From Candidatus Heimdallarchaeota archaeon (GTDB taxonomy: Archaea; Asgardarchaeota; Heimdallarchaeia; Hodarchaeales; Hodarchaeaceae), in NCBI GenBank assembly GCA_020353515.1, contig CP070695.1, positions 3,108,943 to 3,161,431 on the forward strand: a stretch of DNA of 52,489 nt, written 5' to 3'. Below, one piece after another: positions 19,501 through 28,974 of the stretch (the stretch's first letter is position 1; each line of letters begins with the position of its first letter). A program made the position numbers and the translations under genes. The notes below the pieces were generated by a model. That model did not search any database, was not told the origin of the DNA, and saw only the letters and a program-made list of their open reading frames with translations.

Positions 19501-22500
19501 TGATACTCACCCACCACCTTTCTCCTGCTACGGTATTAATATAGCTCAAATTCGTTAAATCATTAGAGATCTGCTTAACAGCTGTTTCCCAGGTTATTGA
19601 TGGAGTGAATTCAGAGTCTTCTGGATCATCATCATTCCATGAATAAGTAAGATTAAGGGGATCAGAAGTTGTTGTACCACCAGTGATTTTGATGCTATAA
19701 GGATCAATCCATGGTTTACTATTCAAAATATTGATCTGAAGGGCAGAACTTTCCCAATCTGATAAAGCTGTTCCATCTGTTACTTGTATATCAAAATACC
19801 ATCTATCTCCCTTCCTTGTTGCTGTATTAGGGAGAATGAGCATATTAGCATATGTACCATTAGGCACCCAATCAGGGATACTTGTATCATACCAATACCA
19901 TGTGACTCCCGCGACACTAATAGAATCAAGATCCGCATCCTCCGCTGTATAATACACGGTGAGATTATGTATCGTCCGAGCTTCTGTTTCCACAAATGAA
20001 GCCAGTGAAATAATTGGTTTGGAATTTAAAATTTGGAAGTTCTCTGATGTATAAATTTCTCCATAATCCAAACCATCAGATGGGAGGATAGTGTAATACC
20101 AAAATTCCCCTTTTGTAATTCTCGACCCAGGAACACTTAAAGAGTCATTTAAATCTGTTTGAAGATCCGATCCCTTATACCAGCGAATTTCAGTTAGTTC
20201 AATATTATCCCCATCAGGGTCTTCTAGAGCATTTAGTATATCATTTAGATTTAGTATTATGCCATTCGCTTTAGCTGGTTCAGTCGGAAGGGGAAGATCT
20301 GTTATATTTAGTGGAGCAGTATTTTCAATTTGTACATGCATTGATTCATAAATAGTAGAATAATTTTCCCCATCATAAACCCGAATCTTAAACCACCAAA
20401 CTTCATTTTTGGAGGTATTCCCTGATTCAACGGTCGTTTTATTACTAAGGCCTACTAATGGTTGCCCCGGATCATTCATAAACCATTCAATGAGGGGGGT
20501 AAGAGGATCATTATCAATATCGGAATCGTCCCATCCTGCCACCAAATCATTAGTAGTTGTGGGATTTGACGTGATGCTTAAATTACCAAGTAGGGGAGCA
20601 GTGTTACGAATTGTTACATTCGATAGAAGTGAAATAATACTTGAAAAACTTTCTCCATCTGTTGCGTTAATTGAAAAGTACCATTTGTCGTTTTTAGTGG
20701 TGTTTCCTGCTGTAAGAATTGCACTCGTGCTTGTTGTTTCCCAGCTAGAGTTGAATTCTCCATTTAAAAACCAAGTTATGTTGTACGTTAGCCCTTCTCC
20801 ATCATTATCTGAACCTGCCCAATTAGCAACCAAGTCAGTGGTAGTCGTAGGGTTATTAGTAATACTTAAATCTGAAACTATCGGAACAGAATTTAGAATG
20901 GTCACTGGAATTGAGTTATAAAGGATAGACCAATTAAGACCATCGAAAACTCGAATAGTACAGTTCCAAATGTCGTCTTTGGTCGTCAAGCTTGCATCAA
21001 CGACCAACGAATCATTCAAAGCTGGTTGTAATAATCCACCTTTATACCAACGAATCTCCCTGTCACTTTGGAGATGGCCATCTACGTCTATATAATCATA
21101 ATCAAAGATGAGATCCTCTGTAGTCGTATTGGTGTTTGCGGTTAAATTTAAGTTCTGTACTTCAGGTATATTATTAGGAGCTGATCCTATGACCACAAGA
21201 CTTGAAGTATAATTTTGACTCCAAGAAGTCCCATCATAAACCCTAATCTTGTATTGCCAAAAATCAGTCGACTTCGTTTCACTACTATGTAAAGTAACAT
21301 TGTTAAATTTAGAGGCGTTGTAAACACCATTTGTAAACCAATAAACAATTCTTTGAATAGTATTTTCATGATCATCGTCGGCATCGTTGTAAGTATACGT
21401 AATATTTATGGTGTCGACAGTAGTGACATCTGTAGTTTTGTTAAATGTGGGAGAAATGACAGTGGGTATTGAATTAATAATTGTGGTATTCGCTGAAATG
21501 TATTCCGTAATTGAATAATTTGAACCGTCAAAGATCCTTACAGTGTACCTCCACACTTCACCTTTACTAGTATTACCCCAACCTAAGAATGTAGAATTTT
21601 GAGCACTAATTAGCTCAACCCAATCCCCTACACCCACAGTCCAATTATACCATTTAATTATGGTAACATAAAGGTAATCGTTAGGATTGTCACCATCCAC
21701 ATCGAGAGCTGTCCATGAAGCAATCAAATTATCCTCAGTGGTAGGATTAGATGGAATCATTAAGTCTGTAGCAGTGGGAGGAGAGTTTAATATCACGGTT
21801 GTTGGTGAAGAATATAGAATAGAGTAATTAGTTCCATCAGAGACCTTCAACGTAAAGTTCCAGACATCTCCTTTACTGGTAGCACTGGCAGGAACAATTT
21901 TCTCATTATTATAAACAGTCTGAAGCTGATTGTCTTTGTACCATCGGATAATCCACGAGTCTGCGGGTTGAGTATCACCAACATCTGTATCGTTAAATGA
22001 CCAGCTAGCTGTTAGATCATCTGTGGTCAGTGGGTTAATTGTTATTGCCACATTTGATGCTATGGGAGGAGTATTGAGAATTTGGATATGAGGAGATTCT
22101 ATTAAATCTGAATAGTTCTCTCCATCGAAAACCTGGACTTTAAAGTGCCACCATTCATTTTTTGTTGTATTACCTGAACCTATTAAGGTTAAGTTTGTCC
22201 AACTCGATTGTATTTGTCCGTTTTTATACCAATAAATGATTGCAGCAGCTTTATTTTCCGTGTCCCCTGTATCTACATCGGCCATATCCCAGCTCGCAAC
22301 GAGAGAATCATTTGTTCTTGCATCTACAGGTGAAATGGTCAAATTGACTGCTTCAGGGGGGGAATTCTTAATGATTACATGAGAGGAGTTCACCCAGTTA
22401 GAGTAAGAAGTTCCATCATTTACTCGCATTCTGACGTAGAATTCATCCCCTTTTGAAGTTTGGTCTGGTGTTATTGAGGTTTGGTTATCAACGCCCATTA

Positions 22501-25500
22501 TATGCCCTGATCCAACTTTATACCACTCAATCTGACGTGCAACGATAGTCTCATTATCTTGATCATAATCAGAATAAGTATACTCAATAGAGAGGACATT
22601 AGTCGTAACTGGATCAACAGGTTTTAGTTCAACATTTGAAAGACTGGGGGGAGTATTTAGAACAGTAATAGAAGAGGAATTTACTCTATCTCCAAATAAT
22701 TCGCCATCTTTAGGGGTTACTGTCACATACCATTCGTCATCGGGGAATAGTTCACTGTGATCTCGCTCTAAAGCCACTGTACCATCCACAGGGTAGTGAT
22801 AGGTAGAATGCAGCTGGTATCCAGAACCATTGTTCCGATACCAGCAGATTTCGGTGCCACTTTCATAATCAGGAGTCTCATCATCATAATAATCATAAGC
22901 GAGTACTAATGTACTATTACTATAGCAATTCAATGGACTGAGGGTGAGATTTCCCGCTACAGGGGGATGATTAACATATACATAACTTTCTGTTATACTA
23001 GAAACGCCAAAATTCCCAGCGGTATCGTTAACAAAAATCTGATACTTGATATCGCCATTTGAAATAGATGCATCATCACGAATGTAACCCATGATATTAC
23101 TGAAATTTTGATAATTAGTCATGACCCATTGGGATGGACTAGGCATTGTTTCAGAATGATAAGTGACATTAACAATGACTGTGTCCACAGTCCCCCAAGA
23201 ATCAGTAACATTAGCTGTGAATGTGAATTTATGGTCAAAATATCGAGCTAAAACATTAGGGGCTACAATATCATTTGTAAAATTATAATTCCTCTCAGTT
23301 GTGTTAAATTGCAAGAAATTTCCAAAAGCATCAGAAGCATTTGTAATCTGATAAACATAATTTTCATGATAGGTGGCTTGCAGCTGATAAATCCAATAAG
23401 AACCATTAAAGGTCATTGAATAATCGTTACCATTGATCTTAATTTCAGCACTAGCAACCTCAGAAGTTGAATCTGAAATATCAGCCCAGAATTCCCCTAT
23501 ACCAGTTCCTAGATCTTCCACTCCAAAATCATTGACCACTGGTGGTTCTGTATCGAAAACAACTTCCGAACCTGCTGAATAAAAGTTTACTGGGTCGTAC
23601 TGATTTTGATATTCAGTTTTAATCCATTCTAGTGATCGTGCTACAATGGATACCCGGGGTTCATCAAGAATTCCTTCAAAATAACCGCTTGCTCTGCCTA
23701 TAGCCCAATCTGAAATTGTAATAGCATCTTGTTCTTGTAGTCTGATTTGAGGATTCGATCCAAATCGTGGAGTTGCTAGCTCACCATTAAGATATAAAAT
23801 CAAATGAGTATGATTATATATGGCAGTAACATAGGTATACTCATTGAGGGGAGGATAATTTGTGGAGACTGCACTCACATTATAACCAGGACCAAAATTC
23901 AAACGAATGTGTAAACATTGCCAGTCAGTTTCGATTGCTAACCCATTATCCCTATTTCCAACTTCGGATAGAAGTCCTGCTTTATGAATAGTTCCTGTCG
24001 GATAAATCCAAGTACTTAACGTAAGAGCGGTTTGACCATTTGTACCTAGATCCCCTAATGACAGGTAATCATCACTTCCATCAAAATCCAATGCTCCATT
24101 AATCTTCCCTGTTACTTGATCCCCAGAAGTCATTCCACCACTACTGGAAGCATGGTTGGCATTGTAAGTGCTATCCTCAATCTGTGAACTTGATGGATCT
24201 TCTTTTAGATGCCATACTCCTTTGTAATTAGAGTCCCAAACTTCAAAAGGATTTTGCTGATCTAAAAGGTTGCTATTACCATAATACATACTGATACATG
24301 TATCTTCTGAACCAGATACAAATGGTAATCTCACCCACGCAATCAAATGGCCTTGTACAACATTTTGACTGAAGTATTCGATCTCATGATCTAGCTTCGT
24401 CCCATTTGCTGTAGTAAACAGAAGGTCAGCTGCATCAGCCTGAATATTCCCACTTTTTAATGAGGCATCATCGATTTCTATGAGTACTGGAAAATCGAAT
24501 AGATTATCGAAGACATTTTCTTTATAAATAACAATATCTCTCCGTTTTGTAAATGAAGCATCAACCCACCATCGTGAATACTCCTCTTCATTCTTTACAG
24601 TAATAAAATTGTCTGGATTATTTTGATTATTGAATTCTGTTAATATCCAATCAGCTGATCTGAAGGTGTGAGCGACTCGAAATTCATCTAAATAACCCTT
24701 GAAACTTTGTGAAGAATAAGCATCTCCAATTACAAATGGTTCTGAAACAACCACAAGACTCCCATTCGGTTTATATGCTGACCCCATAGGATTACCATTT
24801 ACATATGTTCTGAGATATTCTCCATCATATGAATAATGAATTAGATTCCAACTCTGACGATAAATTTGCACATTAGAATAAGATGTAGTTGAATCACTCC
24901 ATTTAATATCTGGTTGAAATCTCCCAGTACCACTCGACATAAAACTTTGACGCCATAGACGTGTTAATCTCATGCTGTAGGCATAAAATACACGACCCCC
25001 ACTTTGTTGTTCCCACTCAAGATCAGAGGTATAATTGGGGTAAATCCATAAAGAGAACGAAAAAGTAGTACTATTATCGAAAATGTTGTCAGAGTTAGAT
25101 GTATCGATTCTTGAGCCTGTATCGCCCGTAAATTCCCGCATTCCTCCTATTTTCCCCATCTCTATATAATTCGTGCTATAGGGAGTTCCGTCGTGATCAT
25201 TTTTTGTCGAATCCCTTATATAGCTTCCAGTACCACTTACCTCTTCGAAGTGCCATACTCCTTCGTAATCATTCCAAGTAGTAGATGGGTTTTCTTGTGT
25301 CCTAACCGCATTATTTCCATAATATAAGGTTATATTTGAATCGATTCCACTCCTTAAAGCAGGAACCTTGACCCATGCTCTTAGATGTGCATGTGTACCA
25401 TTCCCAGTCTGATCAAAGGATTCAATTTCGTGATTTAATTTTATTCCAACATTACTTTTTTGTAAAGTGGCAATTTTCAAGCTAAAAGAATCAACACTAC

Positions 25501-27490
25501 CAGCATCCCAACCTGATTCTAAACATCTCGCCCACACTCTAATGTAACGAGTATTTGTTGGTATAAGCATATTTGAAATGGAATATTGTGTCCATGTATT
25601 TGGGGTTTGGAGATATCCTGTATCTAAAGGAGTTGAAATAACGTCTTTCGAGCTATCTAGAAACTGAATTCTGACGTTAGAATTATCATAATCTGGTTCT
25701 GAGGATACTAACCATGCTGAGGCGTTGATGATAGCTTTTCCATTATCAATATAACTAGAGTATCCTGAGATACTAACATCTTGTCTGATATAGTCAGAGG
25801 AGGCTCCTCCAGACGACACATAAGCACAATAACTACCGAATTGAGGTCCACCGGATCCTAAAGGTGGTTTGGTTCCTACTTCCCAATTTCCTGAGGACGT
25901 CCAACCATTTAGATTACCACCTTCAAAATTACCATTTTGAATTAATTCACTAGTCCATACCCACTCATCCTCACTTGCAAACAAGATATCATCGCCATCC
26001 ACTTGGACTTTACTAGGATTATTCAAATCTGGATCACTAATATTTATTAAAACAGGAAAATTCACCAAAGTGGTTCCACTGACCTCAGAAGAATTAATTG
26101 TGATATTCTTTCTATATCTAAATAGAGGAAATGCCCAATCTTCAGAAATCGGCGAAGATTCTTCAATTGAAACTGAATAAAAATTTGAAGGATTAAACTG
26201 GTTAAGATATTCAGTTAGAATCCAATCGGAGGTTTTTATAGCATTCAATAACCGAAACTCCGTCACGACAGCTTCAATCTCATTATGAGGATTATCACCT
26301 CCAACTCCATTTGCAGCATCATCTTGGGCTCCAATAGCAAATGTATTCCAGTCAATATGTGTTCCAATTAAAGGTGTACTATCCGTAGAATCTAAAGAAC
26401 CGTCTATGTAGATTTGATGAAGTCCTGCTACACCACCATCCCACGAACAGACAATCGAATACCAATTATCCGCGCTAAACACTGTTTGAGTCGAATCTAA
26501 CTCTGATTCTGAGGAAGTATCGCTTTCAATTCTAAATTGAAAATTATCATCAAAAGAAAGACGAGGGTCATAGAATGTGGTTCCAGGGGCTCCTAAATAT
26601 GTAGTAGCGCTAGGACCTCCATTAGGAAACATAATCCAGAATTGAAAAGACATTTTATCTGTAGGGCCATTGAATCCTTTAGAAAGATCTAAGTAAATAT
26701 AATCATTGGACCCATCAAATGAAATTCCTTTGCCAAGATTTCCATCTACAAGGTCATCCTGTGTCATTGAACTAGTACTTTCAATAGTGAAATCATAATT
26801 ATTACTTGTACTATCCTTTATGTCTGAGATTGATGGATCTTGATTCATATGCAGAACAAATTCATATTCACTACTATTCCAAACGCCTGTAGGATTATCT
26901 TGGTTTACAGTTGTTGGGTTTCCATAATACATCATTACTGTTGTATCACTAATATGACTCAAATTTGTTTTAACCCATGCAATTAACTGGGCTTGAGTAG
27001 AGGAATAGTGTCGATTATAGAGCTCCACTTCATGATCTAATACATTTCCCGATGTATCCGTGAAAAAAATATCAGTTCCATCTACTTGGGCATCACATTT
27101 GAGATCCTCATCTTTTAAATCGATATATAAGGGGAAATTAGTCAAGTACGAATTAACCGAGGAGGAGGAAATAGTGATATTTTTTCGGTATTTCCAACGT
27201 GTATCAATCCAACCACCCACAGTATAAGGAGAATGAATGTTAAATTTAATATCAGAGCTAGTATCTTGTGCTTTTTCAAGTTTACTGTTCGCCAATCGCT
27301 GTACATTATGAGTATTTGTATGATTCTTTTGTGAAATTCCAAATCCCTGTAAAAGTTCAATTGTAGTTCCATTTGAAGTCCAAAAATTTTGTTTTTGGAT
27401 TGGCATACTTATAATCATCATATTAAAAAGGAGAATGTAAAGAATCAACTTTGTACCATTCTTATATAATAACATTCGACTAATCTCCAT
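16508..27490 (-). CDS. Giant type I membrane surface protein: 3x(DUF2341+LamG), 17 cadherin/Ig-like repeats, TM, cytoplasmic uDENN/longin-like domain
   Basis: N-terminal signal/anchor; three W..(R/K).I.I...L..FP....D...D..F...L.HE.E...AWV...YYGN modules each followed by a LamG-like domain; N-x-x-P...DxDxD...WY.NG...K...W..V..DG repeats; TM WVLLLAGLVIFVIFIGSIVYV; tail VIVSFFDQRHGPIP...PEARGGQE. Start may be Met7 (27472), which has GGAG 9 nt upstream. Confidence 0.9.
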   Translation of the reverse strand: MEISRMLLYKNGTKLILYILLFNMMIISMPIQKQNFWTSNGTTIELLQGFGISQKNHTNTHNVQRLANSKLEKAQDTSSDIKFNIHSPYTVGGWIDTRWKYRKNITISSSSVNSYLTNFPLYIDLKDEDLKCDAQVDGTDIFFTDTSGNVLDHEVELYNRHYSSTQAQLIAWVKTNLSHISDTTVMMYYGNPTTVNQDNPTGVWNSSEYEFVLHMNQDPSISDIKDSTSNNYDFTIESTSSMTQDDLVDGNLGKGISFDGSNDYIYLDLSKGFNGPTDKMSFQFWIMFPNGGPSATTYLGAPGTTFYDPRLSFDDNFQFRIESDTSSESELDSTQTVFSADNWYSIVCSWDGGVAGLHQIYIDGSLDSTDSTPLIGTHIDWNTFAIGAQDDAANGVGGDNPHNEIEAVVTEFRLLNAIKTSDWILTEYLNQFNPSNFYSVSIEESSPISEDWAFPLFRYRKNITINSSEVSGTTLVNFPVLINISDPDLNNPSKVQVDGDDILFASEDEWVWTSELIQNGNFEGGNLNGWTSSGNWEVGTKPPLGSGGPQFGSYCAYVSSGGASSDYIRQDVSISGYSSYIDNGKAIINASAWLVSSEPDYDNSNVRIQFLDSSKDVISTPLDTGYLQTPNTWTQYSISNMLIPTNTRYIRVWARCLESGWDAGSVDSFSLKIATLQKSNVGIKLNHEIESFDQTGNGTHAHLRAWVKVPALRSGIDSNITLYYGNNAVRTQENPSTTWNDYEGVWHFEEVSGTGSYIRDSTKNDHDGTPYSTNYIEMGKIGGMREFTGDTGSRIDTSNSDNIFDNSTTFSFSLWIYPNYTSDLEWEQQSGGRVFYAYSMRLTRLWRQSFMSSGTGRFQPDIKWSDSTTSYSNVQIYRQSWNLIHYSYDGEYLRTYVNGNPMGSAYKPNGSLVVVSEPFVIGDAYSSQSFKGYLDEFRVAHTFRSADWILTEFNNQNNPDNFITVKNEEEYSRWWVDASFTKRRDIVIYKENVFDNLFDFPVLIEIDDASLKSGNIQADAADLLFTTANGTKLDHEIEYFSQNVVQGHLIAWVRLPFVSGSEDTCISMYYGNSNLLDQQNPFEVWDSNYKGVWHLKEDPSSSQIEDSTYNANHASSSGGMTSGDQVTGKINGALDFDGSDDYLSLGDLGTNGQTALTLSTWIYPTGTIHKAGLLSEVGNRDNGLAIETDWQCLHIRLNFGPGYNVSAVSTNYPPLNEYTYVTAIYNHTHLILYLNGELATPRFGSNPQIRLQEQDAITISDWAIGRASGYFEGILDEPRVSIVARSLEWIKTEYQNQYDPVNFYSAGSEVVFDTEPPVVNDFGVEDLGTGIGEFWADISDSTSEVASAEIKINGNDYSMTFNGSYWIYQLQATYHENYVYQITNASDAFGNFLQFNTTERNYNFTNDIVAPNVLARYFDHKFTFTANVTDSWGTVDTVIVNVTYHSETMPSPSQWVMTNYQNFSNIMGYIRDDASISNGDIKYQIFVNDTAGNFGVSSITESYVYVNHPPVAGNLTLSPLNCYSNSTLVLAYDYYDDETPDYESGTEICWYRNNGSGYQLHSTYHYPVDGTVALERDHSELFPDDEWYVTVTPKDGELFGDRVNSSSITVLNTPPSLSNVELKPVDPVTTNVLSIEYTYSDYDQDNETIVARQIEWYKVGSGHIMGVDNQTSITPDQTSKGDEFYVRMRVNDGTSYSNWVNSSHVIIKNSPPEAVNLTISPVDARTNDSLVASWDMADVDTGDTENKAAAIIYWYKNGQIQSSWTNLTLIGSGNTTKNEWWHFKVQVFDGENYSDLIESPHIQILNTPPIASNVAITINPLTTDDLTASWSFNDTDVGDTQPADSWIIRWYKDNQLQTVYNNEKIVPASATSKGDVWNFTLKVSDGTNYSILYSSPTTVILNSPPTATDLMIPSNPTTEDNLIASWTALDVDGDNPNDYLYVTIIKWYNWTVGVGDWVELISAQNSTFLGWGNTSKGEVWRYTVRIFDGSNYSITEYISANTTIINSIPTVISPTFNKTTDVTTVDTINITYTYNDADDDHENTIQRIVYWFTNGVYNASKFNNVTLHSSETKSTDFWQYKIRVYDGTSWSQNYTSSLVVIGSAPNNIPEVQNLNLTANTNTTTEDLIFDYDYIDVDGHLQSDREIRWYKGGLLQPALNDSLVVDASLTTKDDIWNCTIRVFDGLNWSILYNSIPVTILNSVPIVSDLSITNNPTTTTDLVANWAGSDNDGEGLTYNITWFLNGEFNSSWETTSTSAILTAGNTTKNDKWYFSINATDGESFSSIISLLSNVTIRNTAPLLGNLSITSNPTTTNDLVAGWDDSDIDNDPLTPLIEWFMNDPGQPLVGLSNKTTVESGNTSKNEVWWFKIRVYDGENYSTIYESMHVQIENTAPLNITDLPLPTEPAKANGIILNLNDILNALEDPDGDNIELTEIRWYKGSDLQTDLNDSLSVPGSRITKGEFWYYTILPSDGLDYGEIYTSENFQILNSKPIISLASFVETEARTIHNLTVYYTAEDADLDSISVAGVTWYWYDTSIPDWVPNGTYANMLILPNTATRKGDRWYFDIQVTDGTALSDWESSALQINILNSKPWIDPYSIKITGGTTTSDPLNLTYSWNDDDPEDSEFTPSITWETAVKQISNDLTNLSYINTVAGERWWVSIKPHDGDEYGELIISKYYGISIIIGNTPPVVVSVETAIDGLFNGTTYYGGSFGTNFDLVLRYNASDIDGTQGIVAYDIVVIDGYVVGSKYQWYRNRSGVTTLISALNDKTVVTYMNTKEGDIWWASIQPRDFYGDYGVSVNSTKITIGNTAPLILNLQWTKSTYFTTNSLSFQYTFYDYDTDDVEAAPLIYWYRNGTPLPQYINYQIIPSQVTNKSETWYVNISVWDGEAYSIWYQLPTITIQNTPPSTSDVVLLPLSPYTTSDLVATWNFTDPDGDLQNVQAAMIEWYRNGEYVGSFTSVPASMTNRGERWFFTINVTDGYDYSTRYQSNTITIINSAPTVMNILVNNGSQIYTTDTLEVTWEFEDIDSIDGQNSWSIIWYLDGEIQTQFNNQSLIPVSYVTKEQGWQVAIAVKDTGGLWSETVFSSVVFILNTRPTVTIHTSIHPEYIVEDEVIQITSLYLYSDADGDEPRLTIRWYLNGVYNPSYDNQTIITANSLQPGDFWNYVIWPHDGVEFGVNKTSPVIYIESRPQIHDFSAIPLSDAEGLFDLEVNVTDSLNNRITQVEYLLYINSTDEELASFIQTSPLTDLTSIWVYPFELSNYSYLDTFVLVNVTVVTQVNYSRIYYIRSTYTFTFTLEDKAPPRIITAYFIKDDEINPTNLIFFAEVVDYGSGIKEVILYYYFKPANDSNGGVGAEFLQIEPNWLEAQMIYQDSNSDVSNYTVVVPFFHNNSNTDIIYRIYTEDVDGNSHFAYDVRDFPEIIRNQRFNYQPPGLPEWVLLLAGLVIFVIFIGSIVYVKFIRKPELVGLDKDLVLKNLSDVPDVQVMASLDAHTIGVIVSFFDQRHGPIPIIVIPEILKDNFSKLVDLSDRSFSGTGFSDDFVSEIPSSYDFVLAQGLRTSVMSFGYSLERPEARGGQENLTCNILVHKDLFPLVNQFQDEIQREVHALHLLMDKDPSNKNEIRRRVSELRKYVSAIIISYEDIYGTTELLTQESGE
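17920..22975 (-). repeat. 17 tandem about 99-aa Ig/cadherin-like protein repeats, diverged at the DNA level
   Basis: Repeat starts NHPP, NTPP, NSPP, NTPP, NSPP, NSIP, NNIP, NSVP, NTAP, NTAP, NSKP, NSKP, NTPP, NTAP, NTPP, NSAP, NTRP; nearly all carry a DxD(xD) loop and W..V..DG. Confidence 0.85.
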
Positions 27491-27540
27491 AAAATTGTAA
27501 AAAATGGGGTTAAAATAAATCCTAGCGAAGTTATCCAGAT

Positions 27541-27627
27541 TTAATTGGTGGAACTTCCTTGTAATGATATTTTACTGGGAGAATACAGGAGTAATATTTT
27601 AAGAAGAAATCTAGATAATCTATCCAT
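27541..27627 (-). other. 28-codon upstream ORF with strong SD in front of the giant gene
   Basis: GGAGG-aaaacaac-ATG; MDRLSRFLLKILLLYSPSKISLQGSSTN*. Confidence 0.35.
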
Positions 27628-27681
27628 GTTGTTTTCCTCCTAAAAAACAAGAGATTATACACATTTTTATTATGATAATGA

Positions 27682-27688
27682 TTAAATA
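27682..27688 (+). promoter_or_regulatory. Candidate archaeal TATA box for the box C/D sRNA
   Basis: TTAAATA about 24-30 nt upstream of the predicted sRNA 5' end. Confidence 0.4.
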
Positions 27689-27711
27689 TTCATCAATATG
27701 ATTGCTATTAC

Positions 27712-27782
27712 GGTATGACGACGGTTTTACCGGCTGATCCTACAACCTCTTGTAGGGATATGATGAGAACTGGCAACTGACC
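27712..27782 (+). ncRNA. Archaeal box C/D 2'-O-methylation guide sRNA
   Basis: GG-t-ATGACGA (C, 27715-21), 12-nt guide, CTGA (D', 27734-37), hairpin CCTACA-acctct-TGTAGG, ATGATGA (C', 27760-66), 10-nt guide, CTGA (D, 27777-80), CC, then T6 tract at 27786-91. Confidence 0.75.
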
Positions 27783-27803
27783 TACTTTTTTAGATGAGAC
27801 TGC

Positions 27804-28721
27804 ATGAGTCTTCTGTGTAGCTGTGGTTTACCTGGTAGATTGAAATTCCATCCCACATCACAATACTTCTGTTCTAGTTGTTTCTCTCGCAAATTTGAGA
27901 AGAGAATTCTAAACCAGATTCCTAGGTTTGTCCGTGGAAACTCAATTGCAGTTGCCTTATCAGGAGGTAAAGACAGCGCTACTTTACTTCATGTTCTCCA
28001 TAAAACTCAACGAAAACTGAAAATTACTAAGTTAATGGCTATCATTCTTGAAGAAGGGATACTAGAACTGCAATTGGCCCGAAAAAAGATTATTAACAAG
28101 CTAAAAAAGAATTATTCAGACATTGATTTCATTAAGACTTCTTATTCCGAATTATTTGATTATTCTCTTCCAACTTTGGTTCAGCATTCAGATAACCAGG
28201 GATTAGGATTTACTCCGTGTGCTATCTGTGGAGTATTACGCCGCCATGGCATTATGAGATTGGCTTTAGAAAATGAAGCTGACTTTATTGCAATGGGAAA
28301 TACTCTAGAAGATGAGGCTGATACGATACTCCTCAATATAATCCGAGGTACTCCTTGGAAAAATTCTCGTGGAAAAATTGATTATCAACCAGCAGACAGA
28401 AAATCATTGCCATTGAGAATTAAACCACTTGCTAGAATTTCTGAAAATGCAATACTCAATTATTCTAAAATTCACCAGTTGCCAATTTTAACTAATCAAT
28501 GTGTGTTTGCTTATAGATCTTTACGTTCTGATATTTCGATATTCCTAAACTCAATTGAGGAAAAAAATCCACATGTACGTTATAGCATCACTTCATCAAT
28601 GGAAGAGGACACTAAACGAGATCGCATAGTCAAAGTAGTACAAAAATGTGAACGGTGTTCTTCTTATTCGCCTGAATTTGAGTGTGCAGCTTGTCGAATG
28701 ATTCAAAAAATAATGAATTGA
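27804..28721 (+). CDS. ncsA: tRNA 2-thiolation enzyme, TtuA/NcsA/Ncs6 (CTU1) family
   Basis: N-terminal Cys cluster (CSC...CSSC), PP-loop SGGKDS, central CAICGVLRR, RIKPL, C-terminal CERC...CAAC. Confidence 0.85.
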   Translation: MSLLCSCGLPGRLKFHPTSQYFCSSCFSRKFEKRILNQIPRFVRGNSIAVALSGGKDSATLLHVLHKTQRKLKITKLMAIILEEGILELQLARKKIINKLKKNYSDIDFIKTSYSELFDYSLPTLVQHSDNQGLGFTPCAICGVLRRHGIMRLALENEADFIAMGNTLEDEADTILLNIIRGTPWKNSRGKIDYQPADRKSLPLRIKPLARISENAILNYSKIHQLPILTNQCVFAYRSLRSDISIFLNSIEEKNPHVRYSITSSMEEDTKRDRIVKVVQKCERCSSYSPEFECAACRMIQKIMN

Positions 28722-28974
28722 TCATTCAAACTTATTGTCGAACTACCATATACCCAAGGATATTAATATTTAGTTAATCATCTTGGTAATGAGTCTCACA
28801 AGTGTTAGTTCTTTAGATTAACAAAATTAATGTTTACGACAAAACTTTAGATGAAAGAAGATAAATTTTCTTTGAACTTCTAGAATAGACTATTTAAGTC
28901 GAAAGATTGCAGATAACACGTTTGATTAATTTCACATATGCTTTCTTTCTTTTTCTCATGGAGAACCGAGATTA

